Origin: Planctomycetota bacterium | Lineage (GTDB): Bacteria > Planctomycetota > UBA8108 > JACQVS01 | Assembly (NCBI GenBank): GCA_041569895.1 | Contig: JBFFXF010000002.1 | Coordinates: 1-63,576 of the forward strand | Length of the DNA stretch: 63,576 nucleotides | Direction: 5' to 3' | Shown here: positions 16,401 through 24,708 of the stretch, in pieces | Numbering within the stretch: the first letter of the stretch is position 1 | Layout: the number at the start of each line of letters is the position of its first letter | Translations under genes and position numbers: made by a program | Notes under the pieces: generated by a model | Database searches by the model: none | What the model saw: the letters and a program-made list of their open reading frames with translations, nothing else | What the model was told of the DNA's origin: nothing

Positions 16401-18894
16401 TGTCGTCGGCGGCATCATCACCGGGAAGATCCAGAACGAGCTCAGCCACATCGCCGTGCGCACCTCGCGCCGCGGCACGCCGAACGCGTTCGTGACGAAC
16501 GCCCACGAGGTCTTCGCGGAATGGGAGGGGCGGCTGGCGCGTCTCGAGGTGACCCTCGACGGCTACGCCATCGCGCCGGCGACGTCGGCGCAGGCGGAGT
16601 CGTTCTGGGCGGAGAGCCGGCCGAGACTCGACGACCTGCCCATCGCCGATGAGGCCTACGGTCGGCTCGACTCGCTCCTCGAGATGGACCTCACCGGCAC
16701 GCCGGAGGCCCGCTACGGCGGCAAGGCGACCAACTTCGCGCGCCTGCAGCGGCTTCTCACCGGTGAGCTCGAGCGCTACCGCGAGGACGGCTTCGCCATC
16801 CCCGTGCGCCATTCGATCGAGTTCATGCGCTCGAACACCACCGACTCGTTCGTCGAGCGGGGCCGTCGTGTCACCTTCGAGGAGTACATCGCCGAGCTCC
16901 TCGCGTCCGAGGAGTTCCAGACCGACTCGGAGCTGCGCTTCCTGGCGCTCGAGGAGCTCCGTGACCGCATCGAGGACGACGGCGTCGTTTCGGCCGCGCT
17001 GTCGCGCAGCGTGGCGCTGCGAGTCGCGACGGTGTTCGGCGACACGACTCTCCCCGTGCGACACCGGTCATCGTCGAACGTCGAGGACCTGCTCGAGTTC
17101 AACGGCGCCGGGCTGTACGAATCCACCTCGGCGTGCGCTGCGGACGAGCTCGACCTCGACGACCGCGGCCCCTCGCGTTGCGGCGGCAACACGGACGAGC
17201 GCGACATCGCCAGGGCGCTCAGGCGAGTGTGGGGCAGCCTCTGGACGTTCCGCGCGTTCGAGGAGCGCTCGTTCTATCAGATCCCTCACCAGTCGGCCGC
17301 CATGGGCGTCCTCGTGACGCGCGCCTTTCCCGACGAGCTCGCCAACGGCGTCGCGTTCACGGGCAACCCGGCGAACCCGCTCGATCGGCGGTACATGATC
17401 GTCGTCCAGGCCGGCGAGGCGAGCGTCGTCAGCCCGGAGCCGGGCGTGATCAGCGAGCGCGTGTTCCTCGAGATGGACGTCGACGGCACCGTGTTGCACG
17501 TCTTTCGCGATCGCGCGTCCTCGCTGGTCCCGGAGGGCGGCCCCGTGATGACCGACGAGAAGTACCGCGAGCTCGGCGCCCTGATGTGGCACATCGACCG
17601 CAACTTTCCGGTCGACCCCGGCAAGCACGAGCGCGAGGCGGTGCTGCTCGACTTCGAGTTCAAGATCGAGGCGGACGGCGAGCTCGCGATCAAGCAGGTG
17701 CGGCCGTTCCTGATCTCGGCGCCGCTGCCCCCGGCGCCGACGTTCGCGCTGGTCGTCCCGCGCGACACCACCGCGTGCGCCGTCTTCAATGACACGCTCG
17801 CCGCCAGGAGCCCTCGCGAGGAGTACGAGGCGAAGAGCACCGTCGAGCTCGTCAGCGGCACGTTCGACCTGCCGACGCGGAGCACCGCCTTTACCATCGA
17901 CCTCGTGCGACAGGTGCGTCTCGGTCCGGACGCGACGGCGCTCGATCCGAGCGGACCCGGCGTCATGCGCGTCACGCGCGTGCCCGACGTCAACGACCGG
18001 GAGTTCACCGACTACTCGTTCCGCTTCGAGCAGGAGTTCGCCGCGCCCGGCGGCGAGACGTTCGTGCTGCAGTTCTCCGACTCGTTTCGGGCGCGTGGCG
18101 AGGAGCTGATCGACGGCGCCCACATCGTCGACGACGAGTATTTGACCAACCGGCTCGCGATGCGCGCGGAGCTCGGGGGCGTCACCGTCGCCGAGTACTC
18201 CTCGTGCGGCTACAGCCTGCTGCCGCTCTGGGAGGTCGAGGCGGGCCTCGACGACGGCACGGCGCTGCGGCTGCGCGAGCGCTTCCTGCCGTCGGAGAAC
18301 CTCGCCTCGACGGGACCGGCGGCGCTGGTCCGCGGAGAGGTCACCTTCCCCGGCGGCGTCACCCACGCGGTCTCCAGCTACTGGCGCCTCGTCTACGCGG
18401 CGCGCCGACACAACCTGAACGTGCGGTACTGGATCGTCCTCGATCCGCCGGTCGACGTGGCCGGCGTCGAGCGTCCGGTGCGGGTGGTCGAGTACGTCCC
18501 GCCGGAGCTCCTGCTCGACGTGCCCGAGGAGCCCGAGGCGAGCTACCTCGACGCCGACCTCAACGTCATCAAGCGGCTCGAGGTCGTGTCGCAGAGCAAG
18601 GTAACCATCGACGATCCGCGCTTCGTGCGCGGTGACGTCCTCGGCGACGGCGCCATCAACCTCTCCGACGCCATCCAGCTGCTCGACTACCTCTTCCGCG
18701 GCGGCGCGACGCCGCCCTGCCTCGACGCCGCGGACGCCAACGACGACGGCGCCGTCAACCTCTCCGACCCGGTGGGCATCCTCGCCCACCTCTTCCAGGG
18801 CGCGGGCGACCTGCCGGGGCCGTCGGGCGAGTGCGGCGAGGACCCGACGCCGGGGGACCGCCTCGAGTGCGCCAGCTTCCCGGCCTGCGATTGA
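13444..18894 (+). CDS. Secreted FG-GAP repeat protein fused to a PEP-utilising His (swivel) domain, a PPDK-type ATP-grasp domain and a C-terminal dockerin-like module
   Basis: ORF track, 1816 aa, ATG 13444. Signal peptide MRVRLLVCLLLIVFLAVAARDVRA. About 14 FG-GAP/VCBS repeats (e.g. GDLDGDGDLDLVGAA). Then GGIITGKIQNELSHIAVRTSRRGTPN, then ARYGGKATNFARLQ...VRHRSSSNVEDLLEFNGAGLYES, and a dockerin-like end. Confidence 0.88.
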   Translation: MTGSLSMRVRLLVCLLLIVFLAVAARDVRAADCNLNGADDAADIAGGVSEDCNADGVPDECEGMLLRLGRRGQTIEVANRPRDVITADFDGDGELDIAAGVLGSRSASVLVYRGRGGGEFAPPETYPSGARLVGIAASDVDGDGAVDIALVDTARLVVRWNAGDGSLEESTEIDTGGGTVTFAPIDLDGDGIDEIVTTNQSGNEVVIFAHSGGRTLVSAGRHPVGTFPTAVAGGDLDGDGNVDLLTCNWRASSISILRGLGGGEFAPSVEQVLSVTDARNFVVDDFTGNGFPDVAVPGRQGLVVLHNDGAGRLIEVQTLALTQLFIASADLDGDADPDLIVASAGEKKFSVIDNDGDGVFRARLEFGAGVTTRDLAVGDLDGDGDLDLVGAADNPESLPIFWNGEENSIAIEQTTLRIVEPPHAITMGDLDGDGDLDVATANGLSATISIILNDGEGNLRLKQHVRANHGNERVYLNTITSGDLDGDGDLDLLTARRDAGDIRVLRNDGNAEFTRDEIDGRLRTGRFAFHVAAADLDGDTRSDLLCVNQASNTISVFLDDDDRSLQTGTQYRVPSQPTSVTSGDVDGDGDEDVIVSSLSGQSVTVFPNDGSGVLGRSTAIRLGQSAAFVVVGDWDRDGHRDLATANNPNRTISVLRGRGDGTFEEPRRFGVGDYPYSLTVIDLDGDGFDDLLACTNEAPGGNDLRTVTLMLNDGAGGFFASARFTVGVQPRYSAAGDLDGDGDKDFVVANHISDDLTIHLNRTPLRTDVDYLSEICTPEDFRKLSLRSRSPPIDRTLKYSVPARDDAGLLGVVYQNSWRYSLHENFLRSVFPDRFAALTKEEYDRITGLRATREYYVGVIARIRTRDGIVYGFSIVADLRDPEEALRLDEVRRVYDLLRGTFSAGPLAYRPLDDIEKRAAEQWVDPGFDIIDVDTSGIAFQAYTLGVGFGRVRLMDEAQFNRANERGLFTFQDLLVLDHAPRDIEGVVGGIITGKIQNELSHIAVRTSRRGTPNAFVTNAHEVFAEWEGRLARLEVTLDGYAIAPATSAQAESFWAESRPRLDDLPIADEAYGRLDSLLEMDLTGTPEARYGGKATNFARLQRLLTGELERYREDGFAIPVRHSIEFMRSNTTDSFVERGRRVTFEEYIAELLASEEFQTDSELRFLALEELRDRIEDDGVVSAALSRSVALRVATVFGDTTLPVRHRSSSNVEDLLEFNGAGLYESTSACAADELDLDDRGPSRCGGNTDERDIARALRRVWGSLWTFRAFEERSFYQIPHQSAAMGVLVTRAFPDELANGVAFTGNPANPLDRRYMIVVQAGEASVVSPEPGVISERVFLEMDVDGTVLHVFRDRASSLVPEGGPVMTDEKYRELGALMWHIDRNFPVDPGKHEREAVLLDFEFKIEADGELAIKQVRPFLISAPLPPAPTFALVVPRDTTACAVFNDTLAARSPREEYEAKSTVELVSGTFDLPTRSTAFTIDLVRQVRLGPDATALDPSGPGVMRVTRVPDVNDREFTDYSFRFEQEFAAPGGETFVLQFSDSFRARGEELIDGAHIVDDEYLTNRLAMRAELGGVTVAEYSSCGYSLLPLWEVEAGLDDGTALRLRERFLPSENLASTGPAALVRGEVTFPGGVTHAVSSYWRLVYAARRHNLNVRYWIVLDPPVDVAGVERPVRVVEYVPPELLLDVPEEPEASYLDADLNVIKRLEVVSQSKVTIDDPRFVRGDVLGDGAINLSDAIQLLDYLFRGGATPPCLDAADANDDGAVNLSDPVGILAHLFQGAGDLPGPSGECGEDPTPGDRLECASFPACD
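16330..17712 (+). other. PEP-utilising-enzyme mobile His domain followed by PPDK_N-like (PEP/pyruvate-binding, ATP-grasp) domain
   Basis: The candidate phospho-His is codon 16447-16449 in ELSHIAV. The ATP-grasp part runs from ARYGGKATNF (16708) to ELAIKQVRPFL (17712) and contains RSSSNVEDL and WGSLWTFRAFEER. I saw no PEP-utiliser C-terminal TIM-barrel. Confidence 0.7.
18628..18891 (+). other. Dockerin-like repeat pair plus Cys-rich tail (FG-GAP/dikinase-like protein C-terminus)
   Basis: RGDVLGDGAINLSDAIQLLDYLFRGGATPPCLDAADANDDGAVNLSDPVGILAHLFQGAGDLPGPSGECGEDPTPGDRLECASFPACD. Confidence 0.7.
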
Positions 18895-18927
18895 CCATGA
18901 CGACATGATCCACGACTTTGCAAGTAA

Positions 18928-18973
18928 CCCGTCCCCGTCCCCGTCCCCGTCCCCGTACCCGTTCCCGTGCCCG
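18928..18973. repeat. Mosaic repeat, copy C (P module only)
   Basis: CCCGTCCCCGTCCCCGTCCCCGTCCCCGTACCCGTTCCCGTGCCCG: 8 units, C-rich on the plus strand. Begins 34 nt after the stop at 18894 and ends 8 nt before ATG 18982. Confidence 0.9.
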
Positions 18974-18981
18974 ATCTCCCC

Positions 18982-20076
18982 ATGTCGATGACCTCCAAGC
19001 CGACCAGAAGACACATCGCCGCCATCCCCGCACTCGCGCTCGCCGCGCTCGTCGTCGCGCCGTTCGCGAGCCACACGCCGGTCGATGCGCACCGCAACGT
19101 CGGCGGCGCGCTCGGCTTCATCGATCGCACCGGCGCGCTCGTCGTCAGCGACGTCGAGCTCCACGCCGTCGGGGAGTTCTCCTGCGGGCGAGCGCGCTTC
19201 AAGCTGCACGAGAAGTTCGGCTACCTCGATCGCTCCGGGCGCCGCGTGATCGCCCCGCGCTTCGAGGAGGCGGGGGACTTCTCCGAGGGGCTCGCGGCGG
19301 TCCGCCTCGGGGAGCGCTTCGGCTTCATCGACCGGGACGGCCGCTTCGTCATCCCGCCGCGCTTCGCGCGCGCTGACGCGTTCTCGGAGGGGCTGGCGCG
19401 TTTCGCGACCGGCGGCGACGCCGGCAGCCGGTTCGGGTTCATCGACACCACCGGCGCCGTGGTCATCAAGCCGCGCCTCGCGAGCGTCGAGCGATTCAGC
19501 GAGGGACGCGCCGTGTTTCGCGACGAGAGTGGGCTCGCCGGATTCATCGATCGCGGCGGCGAGGTCGTCATTCCGCCGCGCTTCGAGCGCGCCCACGCGT
19601 TCAGCGAGGGGCGGGCTCGCGTGCGCGTCGGCGGGCGGTGGGGGTTCATCGACGCGGGCGGCGCTCTCGCAATCGAGCCTCGCTTCGACGGCGCGTTCGA
19701 CTTCTCCGGCGGTCTCGCCATCGTGCGATCGGGGCGCCTCCATGGGGCCATCGACGTCGATGGCCGCGTCGTCCTGGAGCTGCGCTTCGAGGCGATGGAG
19801 AGCTTTCGCGAGGGCCTCGCCCGCGCGCGCCTCGGCGGGCGGCAGGTCGTCATCGATCGGCGCGGGAACGAGGTGCTGACGACGCCGCACCGGCTTCTCG
19901 ACGGGTTCTCGGCGGGACTCGCGCCGGTCGCCGTCGATGGTCGGGTCGGCTTCATCGACCGCACCGGGGCGCTCGTCGTGACGCCCGCCTTCGAGCGCGC
20001 CTGGGGTTTCTCCGGCGGACTCGCGCGCGTCGTGGTGGCCGCCACCGGAGGCCGGCTCGCACGGGGGCCGAAGTGA
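18982..20076 (+). CDS. WG-repeat (KWG) containing protein
   Basis: The track ORF starts at GTG 18967, inside the P repeat. I prefer ATG 18982 (MSMTSKPTRRHIAAIPALALAALVVAPFA). About nine FGFIDxxGxxVIxPRFxxAxxFSEGLA repeats. The stop overlaps the next start (TGATG). Confidence 0.85.
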   Translation: MSMTSKPTRRHIAAIPALALAALVVAPFASHTPVDAHRNVGGALGFIDRTGALVVSDVELHAVGEFSCGRARFKLHEKFGYLDRSGRRVIAPRFEEAGDFSEGLAAVRLGERFGFIDRDGRFVIPPRFARADAFSEGLARFATGGDAGSRFGFIDTTGAVVIKPRLASVERFSEGRAVFRDESGLAGFIDRGGEVVIPPRFERAHAFSEGRARVRVGGRWGFIDAGGALAIEPRFDGAFDFSGGLAIVRSGRLHGAIDVDGRVVLELRFEAMESFREGLARARLGGRQVVIDRRGNEVLTTPHRLLDGFSAGLAPVAVDGRVGFIDRTGALVVTPAFERAWGFSGGLARVVVAATGGRLARGPK

Positions 20077-23000
20077 TGCGCGTGCCGGTGACCGCCGTTC
20101 CCATCGCCGTGGTCGCGCTCTTCGCGCTCTTCGCGCTCCAGGGGCCCGCTGCCGCCGACATCGCGCAGTGGGACCTCGACGGCGGCCTCGAGCCGACCGC
20201 AGGACCGGGCAGGGCGCTCGTCGCGGGCGCGGCCCCGCCGGCGTTCGCGCCCGACGTCACCTTCGTCGAGGACGTCATCGGACGCGAGCCGGCGCTCGTC
20301 GCGCGTTTCTCGCGTGGAACCTTCCTGCGTATGGAGCACGGGCTGGCGCCGAACGGCGGCGGGACGCGTCTCAACCGCTACACGGTCGTCATGGACGTCC
20401 TCTTTCCCGACGGCACCTCGGGCTGGCAGGCGCTTCTCCAGACCGACGAGTCGAACTCCACCGACGGCGAGTGGTACGTGCAGCCCGACCTCCAGGGCGG
20501 CGGCATCGGCATCTCGGGCAACTACGGCGGCCAGGTCCCGGACGGCGTCTGGCACCGGCTCGCGCTCGTCGTCGACCTGGTGGCGGGCACGTACACGAGC
20601 TTCATCGACGGCCGGCGCGTGCAGCAGAACACCGGTCTCGACCTCGACGGGCGCTTCTCGATGGGCCCCGCCGCGTTGCTCTTCGCCGACGAGAACGAGG
20701 AGAACGCCGCCGGTTTCGTCAATAGCGTGCAGGTCCGCGACGAGGCGCTGACCGAGGAGGAAGTCGCGGCGCTCGGAGGACCGACGGCGGACGGCGTGCC
20801 CCTCGGCGCTCCCGCCGCGCCGGTGCCGGTCGGTCTCTGGGAGTTCGACGACCCGGACGACCTGACGCGTGCGACGATCGGCATCGACCTCGTGCGCAGC
20901 GGCGCGCACCGTGCTGTGGCGGGGAGCGTCCCCGGCGATGGCGCCACGCGTGTCGGACCGGGGAGCCACTACCGCTGCGAGCACGGCATCGCGCCGGCGG
21001 CGGGTCAGCGGTTCGTCAACGAGTACAGCCTCGTCTTCGACATCCGGCTGCCGTCGATCGGCCCGTGGTACGCGCTCTATCAGACGAACACCGGCAACGC
21101 CAACGACGGCGACTGCTTCATCGACCCGTCCGGTCGCATCGGCGTGGGCTCGACCGGCTACTCGGAGCCGGTGGCCGAGGCGGACACGTGGCACCGCGTC
21201 GTCATCGTCGTCGACAACGCCCGCGGGCGGTTCGAGATCACCCTCGACGGCCGGCGTGTCCTCGACGGCGCGCCGCAGGACGTCGACGGGCGCTTCTCGC
21301 TCGATCCCGAGGTGCTCTTCCTCGCCGACGACAACGGCGACGACGGCTGGATCGACGTCTCGCTGCTGGCGATCCACGACCGCGCGCTCTCGCCCGGAGA
21401 GACGATCGCGCTCGGCGGCGCCGGCCCGTTCGATCCGCAGAACCGACCGCCGGTGGTCCTCGGCGCGACGGGGCCCGAGGAGGGCGAGGTCGGCGTCGAG
21501 TACACGTTCACCTTCCAGCTCGACGATCCCGACGGCGATCGCGTCCGGGCGCGCATCGACTGGGGCGACGGCACCTCCAGCCCGTGGACACCGCTCGCCG
21601 ACACGCCCGCGACCCTGGAGCTGCGTCACCGCTTCGAGGGCACGGGCTTCCTCGACGTCCGCGTCGAGGCGCGGGACGAGCACGGCGCCGGGAGCGGAGC
21701 GCGCGCGGCGCATCGGATCCGCGTCACCGGGGACGTGCCGGTGCGCTTCCTGACGATGCCCTACCTCCAGAACGTGCGGACCGACGGCATCACGATCATG
21801 TGGGAGCTCGACGCGCTGACGTCGTGCGAGGTCGCCCATGGCGTCGACGCCGGCCTCGGTCGAGTGGAGACGTGCGCCGTGCAGCCGTCCGGGTTCGGCA
21901 CGTTCATCTACAAGGCAACGCTGCGCGGGCTCGAGCCCGGCACCGTCTACCACTACCGCGCCGTCGCCGGAGGCGTGGCGGGCGAGGATCGCCTCTTCCG
22001 CACCGCGCCCGCCGGCGAGGCGGATTTCTCCTTCGGCGTCTGGAGCGACAGCCAGGGCACCAACCACGGCGCGTACCCGCCGGACCCCCTCGAGCCGACC
22101 AAGTCGATGATGGCGCACATGGCCGGCCAGCGGGTCGACTTCGCGGTGACGGCGGGCGACCTGGCGGAGGACGGCGGCAGCTACGGCGACACGCGCAGCT
22201 TCTACCTCGATCGGGTGGCGAAGTTTCTCGGCCAGGAGGTGCCGTGGTTCGTCGCGTGGGGAAACCACGACGTCGGGCGCTCCGCGGTGATCCGCAAGTT
22301 CGCCGACATGCCGAGCGGCGAGCGGCCGGGCTTCGACCCCGGGTGGGGGAGCTTCTCGTTCGACTACGGCGGCTGTCACTTCATCTGCATCGACTTCAAC
22401 ACCGATCGCGCCGACATCGTCAACTGGCTGGAGGGCGACCTGCGCTCGCCCGCGGCGCGGCAGGCGAAGTTCACCTTCCTCTTCGTCCACGTGCCGCCGT
22501 ACTGCGAGCTGTGGATCGACGGCGACGGCTGGTACCGGGCCAACCTCGTGCCGCTGATGGAGCGCTACGGCGTCGACGTGTGCTTCAGCGGTCACACGCA
22601 CGAGTACGAGCGGGGCCTGCTCAACGACACGTTCTACTGCATCACCGGCGGCGGCAGCTGGCTCGATTTTCCCGAGAACCTCGTCCGCGACTGGCCGCAC
22701 ATGACGGTCGGCGGGCATCACGACCTGCCGACAGGCATCGACAAGGGCCTCGTCAACGAGTACGTCCTCGTCGAGGTCAAGGGTGACACGCTGACGTGCA
22801 GCATGTACGCCTTCAACTTCGACGGCAGCGTGCGCGGCGTGCTCGACGGCTTCTACAAGTGCGAGGCGACCACGGGCGAGTTCGTCGACGAGAGCGGCGA
22901 CGGCATCCCCGACCGGCCTCCGGACGATCGACTGTGCGTGTCGTGCGCCACCGATCTCGCGTGCGCGGCGGATCCGTTCGCCAGGGAGGTGACGCTCGCG

Positions 23001-24665
23001 TGGACGCCGGCGCGCGACCTCGACGCCACGGGCTACGAGGTCGTCCGTGACGGCGAGGTGATCGCCGGCCTGCCGCTCGATGCGGACTCGTTCGTCGACA
23101 CGCACGCGCCGTGGCGGGGACCGGAGCGGACGTTCAACTACGGGCTGCGCGTCGTCGGCGGGACCGACGCGGATCTCTGCCCCGTCCTCGAGTGCCGCGG
23201 GACGCTCCCGGGAGGCGACGTGCGGCTCGCGGAGGACTTCGACGCGTACGCCGACGACGTCGAGCTCGAATTCGCGAGCTGGTTCCCGGTCGACGTCAAC
23301 GACCCGCTCGAGGTCGCGGCGTGGACGGTGACCAATCCCGGCGGTCGCGCCAACCCGCCGACCAGGGACGGCACGCCGTCGACCGGCGGGTTCGTCATCT
23401 CCGACTCCGACGCAGGCGGCAGCCCGCAGCGCGAGAACGTCCCCGGAAGCGGCATGTCGCACGACCTCTGGAGCCCGATCTTCAGCTGCGAGGGCATGAG
23501 CGCCGTGTGGCTGCACATGGATGTGTCGGCGCAGCTCAACAACAACGGCGAGGCGGTGTTCGACGTCGACGTCTCGGGCGATGCGGGGGAGACGTGGCGC
23601 ACCGTCTTCAGGCGCGTCGCGCCCGACCGCACCGAGCATGCTCCGCGTGTGTCGATCGACAACGCCGGCGGGTTCTTCGGCCGTCTCGACCTCGACCTGA
23701 GCTCGGTCGCGGCCGGGCGGGAGAACGTCCGCTTCCGGCTGCGTCACTTCGAGCCGAACTGGGACTGGTGGGTGGCGGTCGACAACGTCGTCGTCGACGA
23801 TGCGCCGCCGCCCTCGCCGGGACGCGCTGTCGTGCTCGACGAGGACTTCGCAGACGGCATCCCGGCCGCCTGGACGGTGCGCGGCCTGCGGTCGGGAGAC
23901 TCGACCTGGACGACGAACGATCCGTGCCGCCGCGGCATCGCGTGGAACGGCGGCCAGTTCCCCTATCTGGGCGGTCGCGCCGTGCACCGCCTGCGACCGC
24001 CGTTCGCCATCCTCGACTCCGACTGCGACCCGGACCTCGAGGAGGACGAGCTGCTCATCACGCCGGTGCTCGACTGCTCGCGATTCACGTCGGTGGTGCT
24101 CGAGTGGAGCTCCGAGCTCATCTACCACCCGTCGGCGACGCACGAGGTCCTCGTCAGCGTCGACGGCGGCGAGACGTTCGCCCCGGAGCCGCTCTTCTCC
24201 TACGGGCGCGGCGCGCTCATCGACCCGGGTGAGGACCCGGTGTTCGCCGAGAGGATCCTCGAGGTGCCGATGGCCGCCGGCGAGCCCGCCGTCGCCTTCG
24301 CGTTCCGGCTGGCCGGCGATGGCGGCAACTGGTGGTGGGCGATCGACGACGTCCGCGTCACGGGGAGCGGGCCGTCGGTCGGCGGGGGCCGCGTGCCGGG
24401 AGACTGCAACGGCGACGGCGCGCTCGACCTCTCCGACGCGGTGTGCATCTTCCTCCACCTCTTCGCCGGCGGCGCGCCGCTCCCGTGCGGCGATGGCACC
24501 ACCGGCGACCCCGCGAACGTCGCCCTGCTCAGCGCCAACGGCGACGCCGTGGTGGATATCTCGGACGGGATCCACATGCTGCAGTTCCTCTTCAACGGCG
24601 GCCCGGCGCACGCGCTCGGGACGGCGTGCCGCGAGATCGACGGGTGCGGGGAGATGTGCAGGTGA
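20076..24665 (+). CDS. Large secreted LamG x2 / PKD / purple-acid-phosphatase-like / MAM-like protein with C-terminal dockerin-like module (paralog 3)
   Basis: ATG 20076 lies inside track ORF 19638..24665 and gives signal peptide MRVPVTAVPIAVVALFALFALQGPAAA. Two LamG_3-like domains, PKD-like (VEYTFTFQLDDPDGDRVRARIDWGDG), metallophosphatase, FN3-like, an A/B didomain (WTVTNPGGRANPPTRDG; GNWWWAIDDVRVTG) and a dockerin-like end. Confidence 0.88.
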   Translation: MRVPVTAVPIAVVALFALFALQGPAAADIAQWDLDGGLEPTAGPGRALVAGAAPPAFAPDVTFVEDVIGREPALVARFSRGTFLRMEHGLAPNGGGTRLNRYTVVMDVLFPDGTSGWQALLQTDESNSTDGEWYVQPDLQGGGIGISGNYGGQVPDGVWHRLALVVDLVAGTYTSFIDGRRVQQNTGLDLDGRFSMGPAALLFADENEENAAGFVNSVQVRDEALTEEEVAALGGPTADGVPLGAPAAPVPVGLWEFDDPDDLTRATIGIDLVRSGAHRAVAGSVPGDGATRVGPGSHYRCEHGIAPAAGQRFVNEYSLVFDIRLPSIGPWYALYQTNTGNANDGDCFIDPSGRIGVGSTGYSEPVAEADTWHRVVIVVDNARGRFEITLDGRRVLDGAPQDVDGRFSLDPEVLFLADDNGDDGWIDVSLLAIHDRALSPGETIALGGAGPFDPQNRPPVVLGATGPEEGEVGVEYTFTFQLDDPDGDRVRARIDWGDGTSSPWTPLADTPATLELRHRFEGTGFLDVRVEARDEHGAGSGARAAHRIRVTGDVPVRFLTMPYLQNVRTDGITIMWELDALTSCEVAHGVDAGLGRVETCAVQPSGFGTFIYKATLRGLEPGTVYHYRAVAGGVAGEDRLFRTAPAGEADFSFGVWSDSQGTNHGAYPPDPLEPTKSMMAHMAGQRVDFAVTAGDLAEDGGSYGDTRSFYLDRVAKFLGQEVPWFVAWGNHDVGRSAVIRKFADMPSGERPGFDPGWGSFSFDYGGCHFICIDFNTDRADIVNWLEGDLRSPAARQAKFTFLFVHVPPYCELWIDGDGWYRANLVPLMERYGVDVCFSGHTHEYERGLLNDTFYCITGGGSWLDFPENLVRDWPHMTVGGHHDLPTGIDKGLVNEYVLVEVKGDTLTCSMYAFNFDGSVRGVLDGFYKCEATTGEFVDESGDGIPDRPPDDRLCVSCATDLACAADPFAREVTLAWTPARDLDATGYEVVRDGEVIAGLPLDADSFVDTHAPWRGPERTFNYGLRVVGGTDADLCPVLECRGTLPGGDVRLAEDFDAYADDVELEFASWFPVDVNDPLEVAAWTVTNPGGRANPPTRDGTPSTGGFVISDSDAGGSPQRENVPGSGMSHDLWSPIFSCEGMSAVWLHMDVSAQLNNNGEAVFDVDVSGDAGETWRTVFRRVAPDRTEHAPRVSIDNAGGFFGRLDLDLSSVAAGRENVRFRLRHFEPNWDWWVAVDNVVVDDAPPPSPGRAVVLDEDFADGIPAAWTVRGLRSGDSTWTTNDPCRRGIAWNGGQFPYLGGRAVHRLRPPFAILDSDCDPDLEEDELLITPVLDCSRFTSVVLEWSSELIYHPSATHEVLVSVDGGETFAPEPLFSYGRGALIDPGEDPVFAERILEVPMAAGEPAVAFAFRLAGDGGNWWWAIDDVRVTGSGPSVGGGRVPGDCNGDGALDLSDAVCIFLHLFAGGAPLPCGDGTTGDPANVALLSANGDAVVDISDGIHMLQFLFNGGPAHALGTACREIDGCGEMCR
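21735..22860 (+). other. Purple-acid-phosphatase-like calcineurin-type metallophosphoesterase domain
   Basis: FN3-like lead-in (PYLQNVRTDGITIMWE...YHYRAV). Metal-ligand motifs FGVWSDSQG, VTAGDLAEDG, FVAWGNHD, FLFVHVPP and FSGHTHEYERG. Confidence 0.75.
24395..24662 (+). other. Dockerin-like repeat pair plus Cys-rich tail (paralog 3 C-terminus)
   Basis: PGDCNGDGALDLSDAVCIFLHLFAGGAPLPCGDGTTGDPANVALLSANGDAVVDISDGIHMLQFLFNGGPAHALGTACREIDGCGEMCR. Confidence 0.7.
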
Positions 24666-24708
24666 TTGGGGGGGTGGTCGGAGGCCGATGACGACGACGA
24701 GGCCGAGG

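Noticed and set aside
13411-24611. Three giant minus-strand ORFs (13411..17064, 17068..19890, 19221..24611) antisense to the plus-strand gene string
   Set aside because: These are low-complexity Arg/Asp/Val/Glu-rich translations. The plus strand encodes FG-GAP, PEP-utiliser, WG-repeat, LamG, PKD, metallophosphatase and dockerin-like sequences in one consistent frame per gene.
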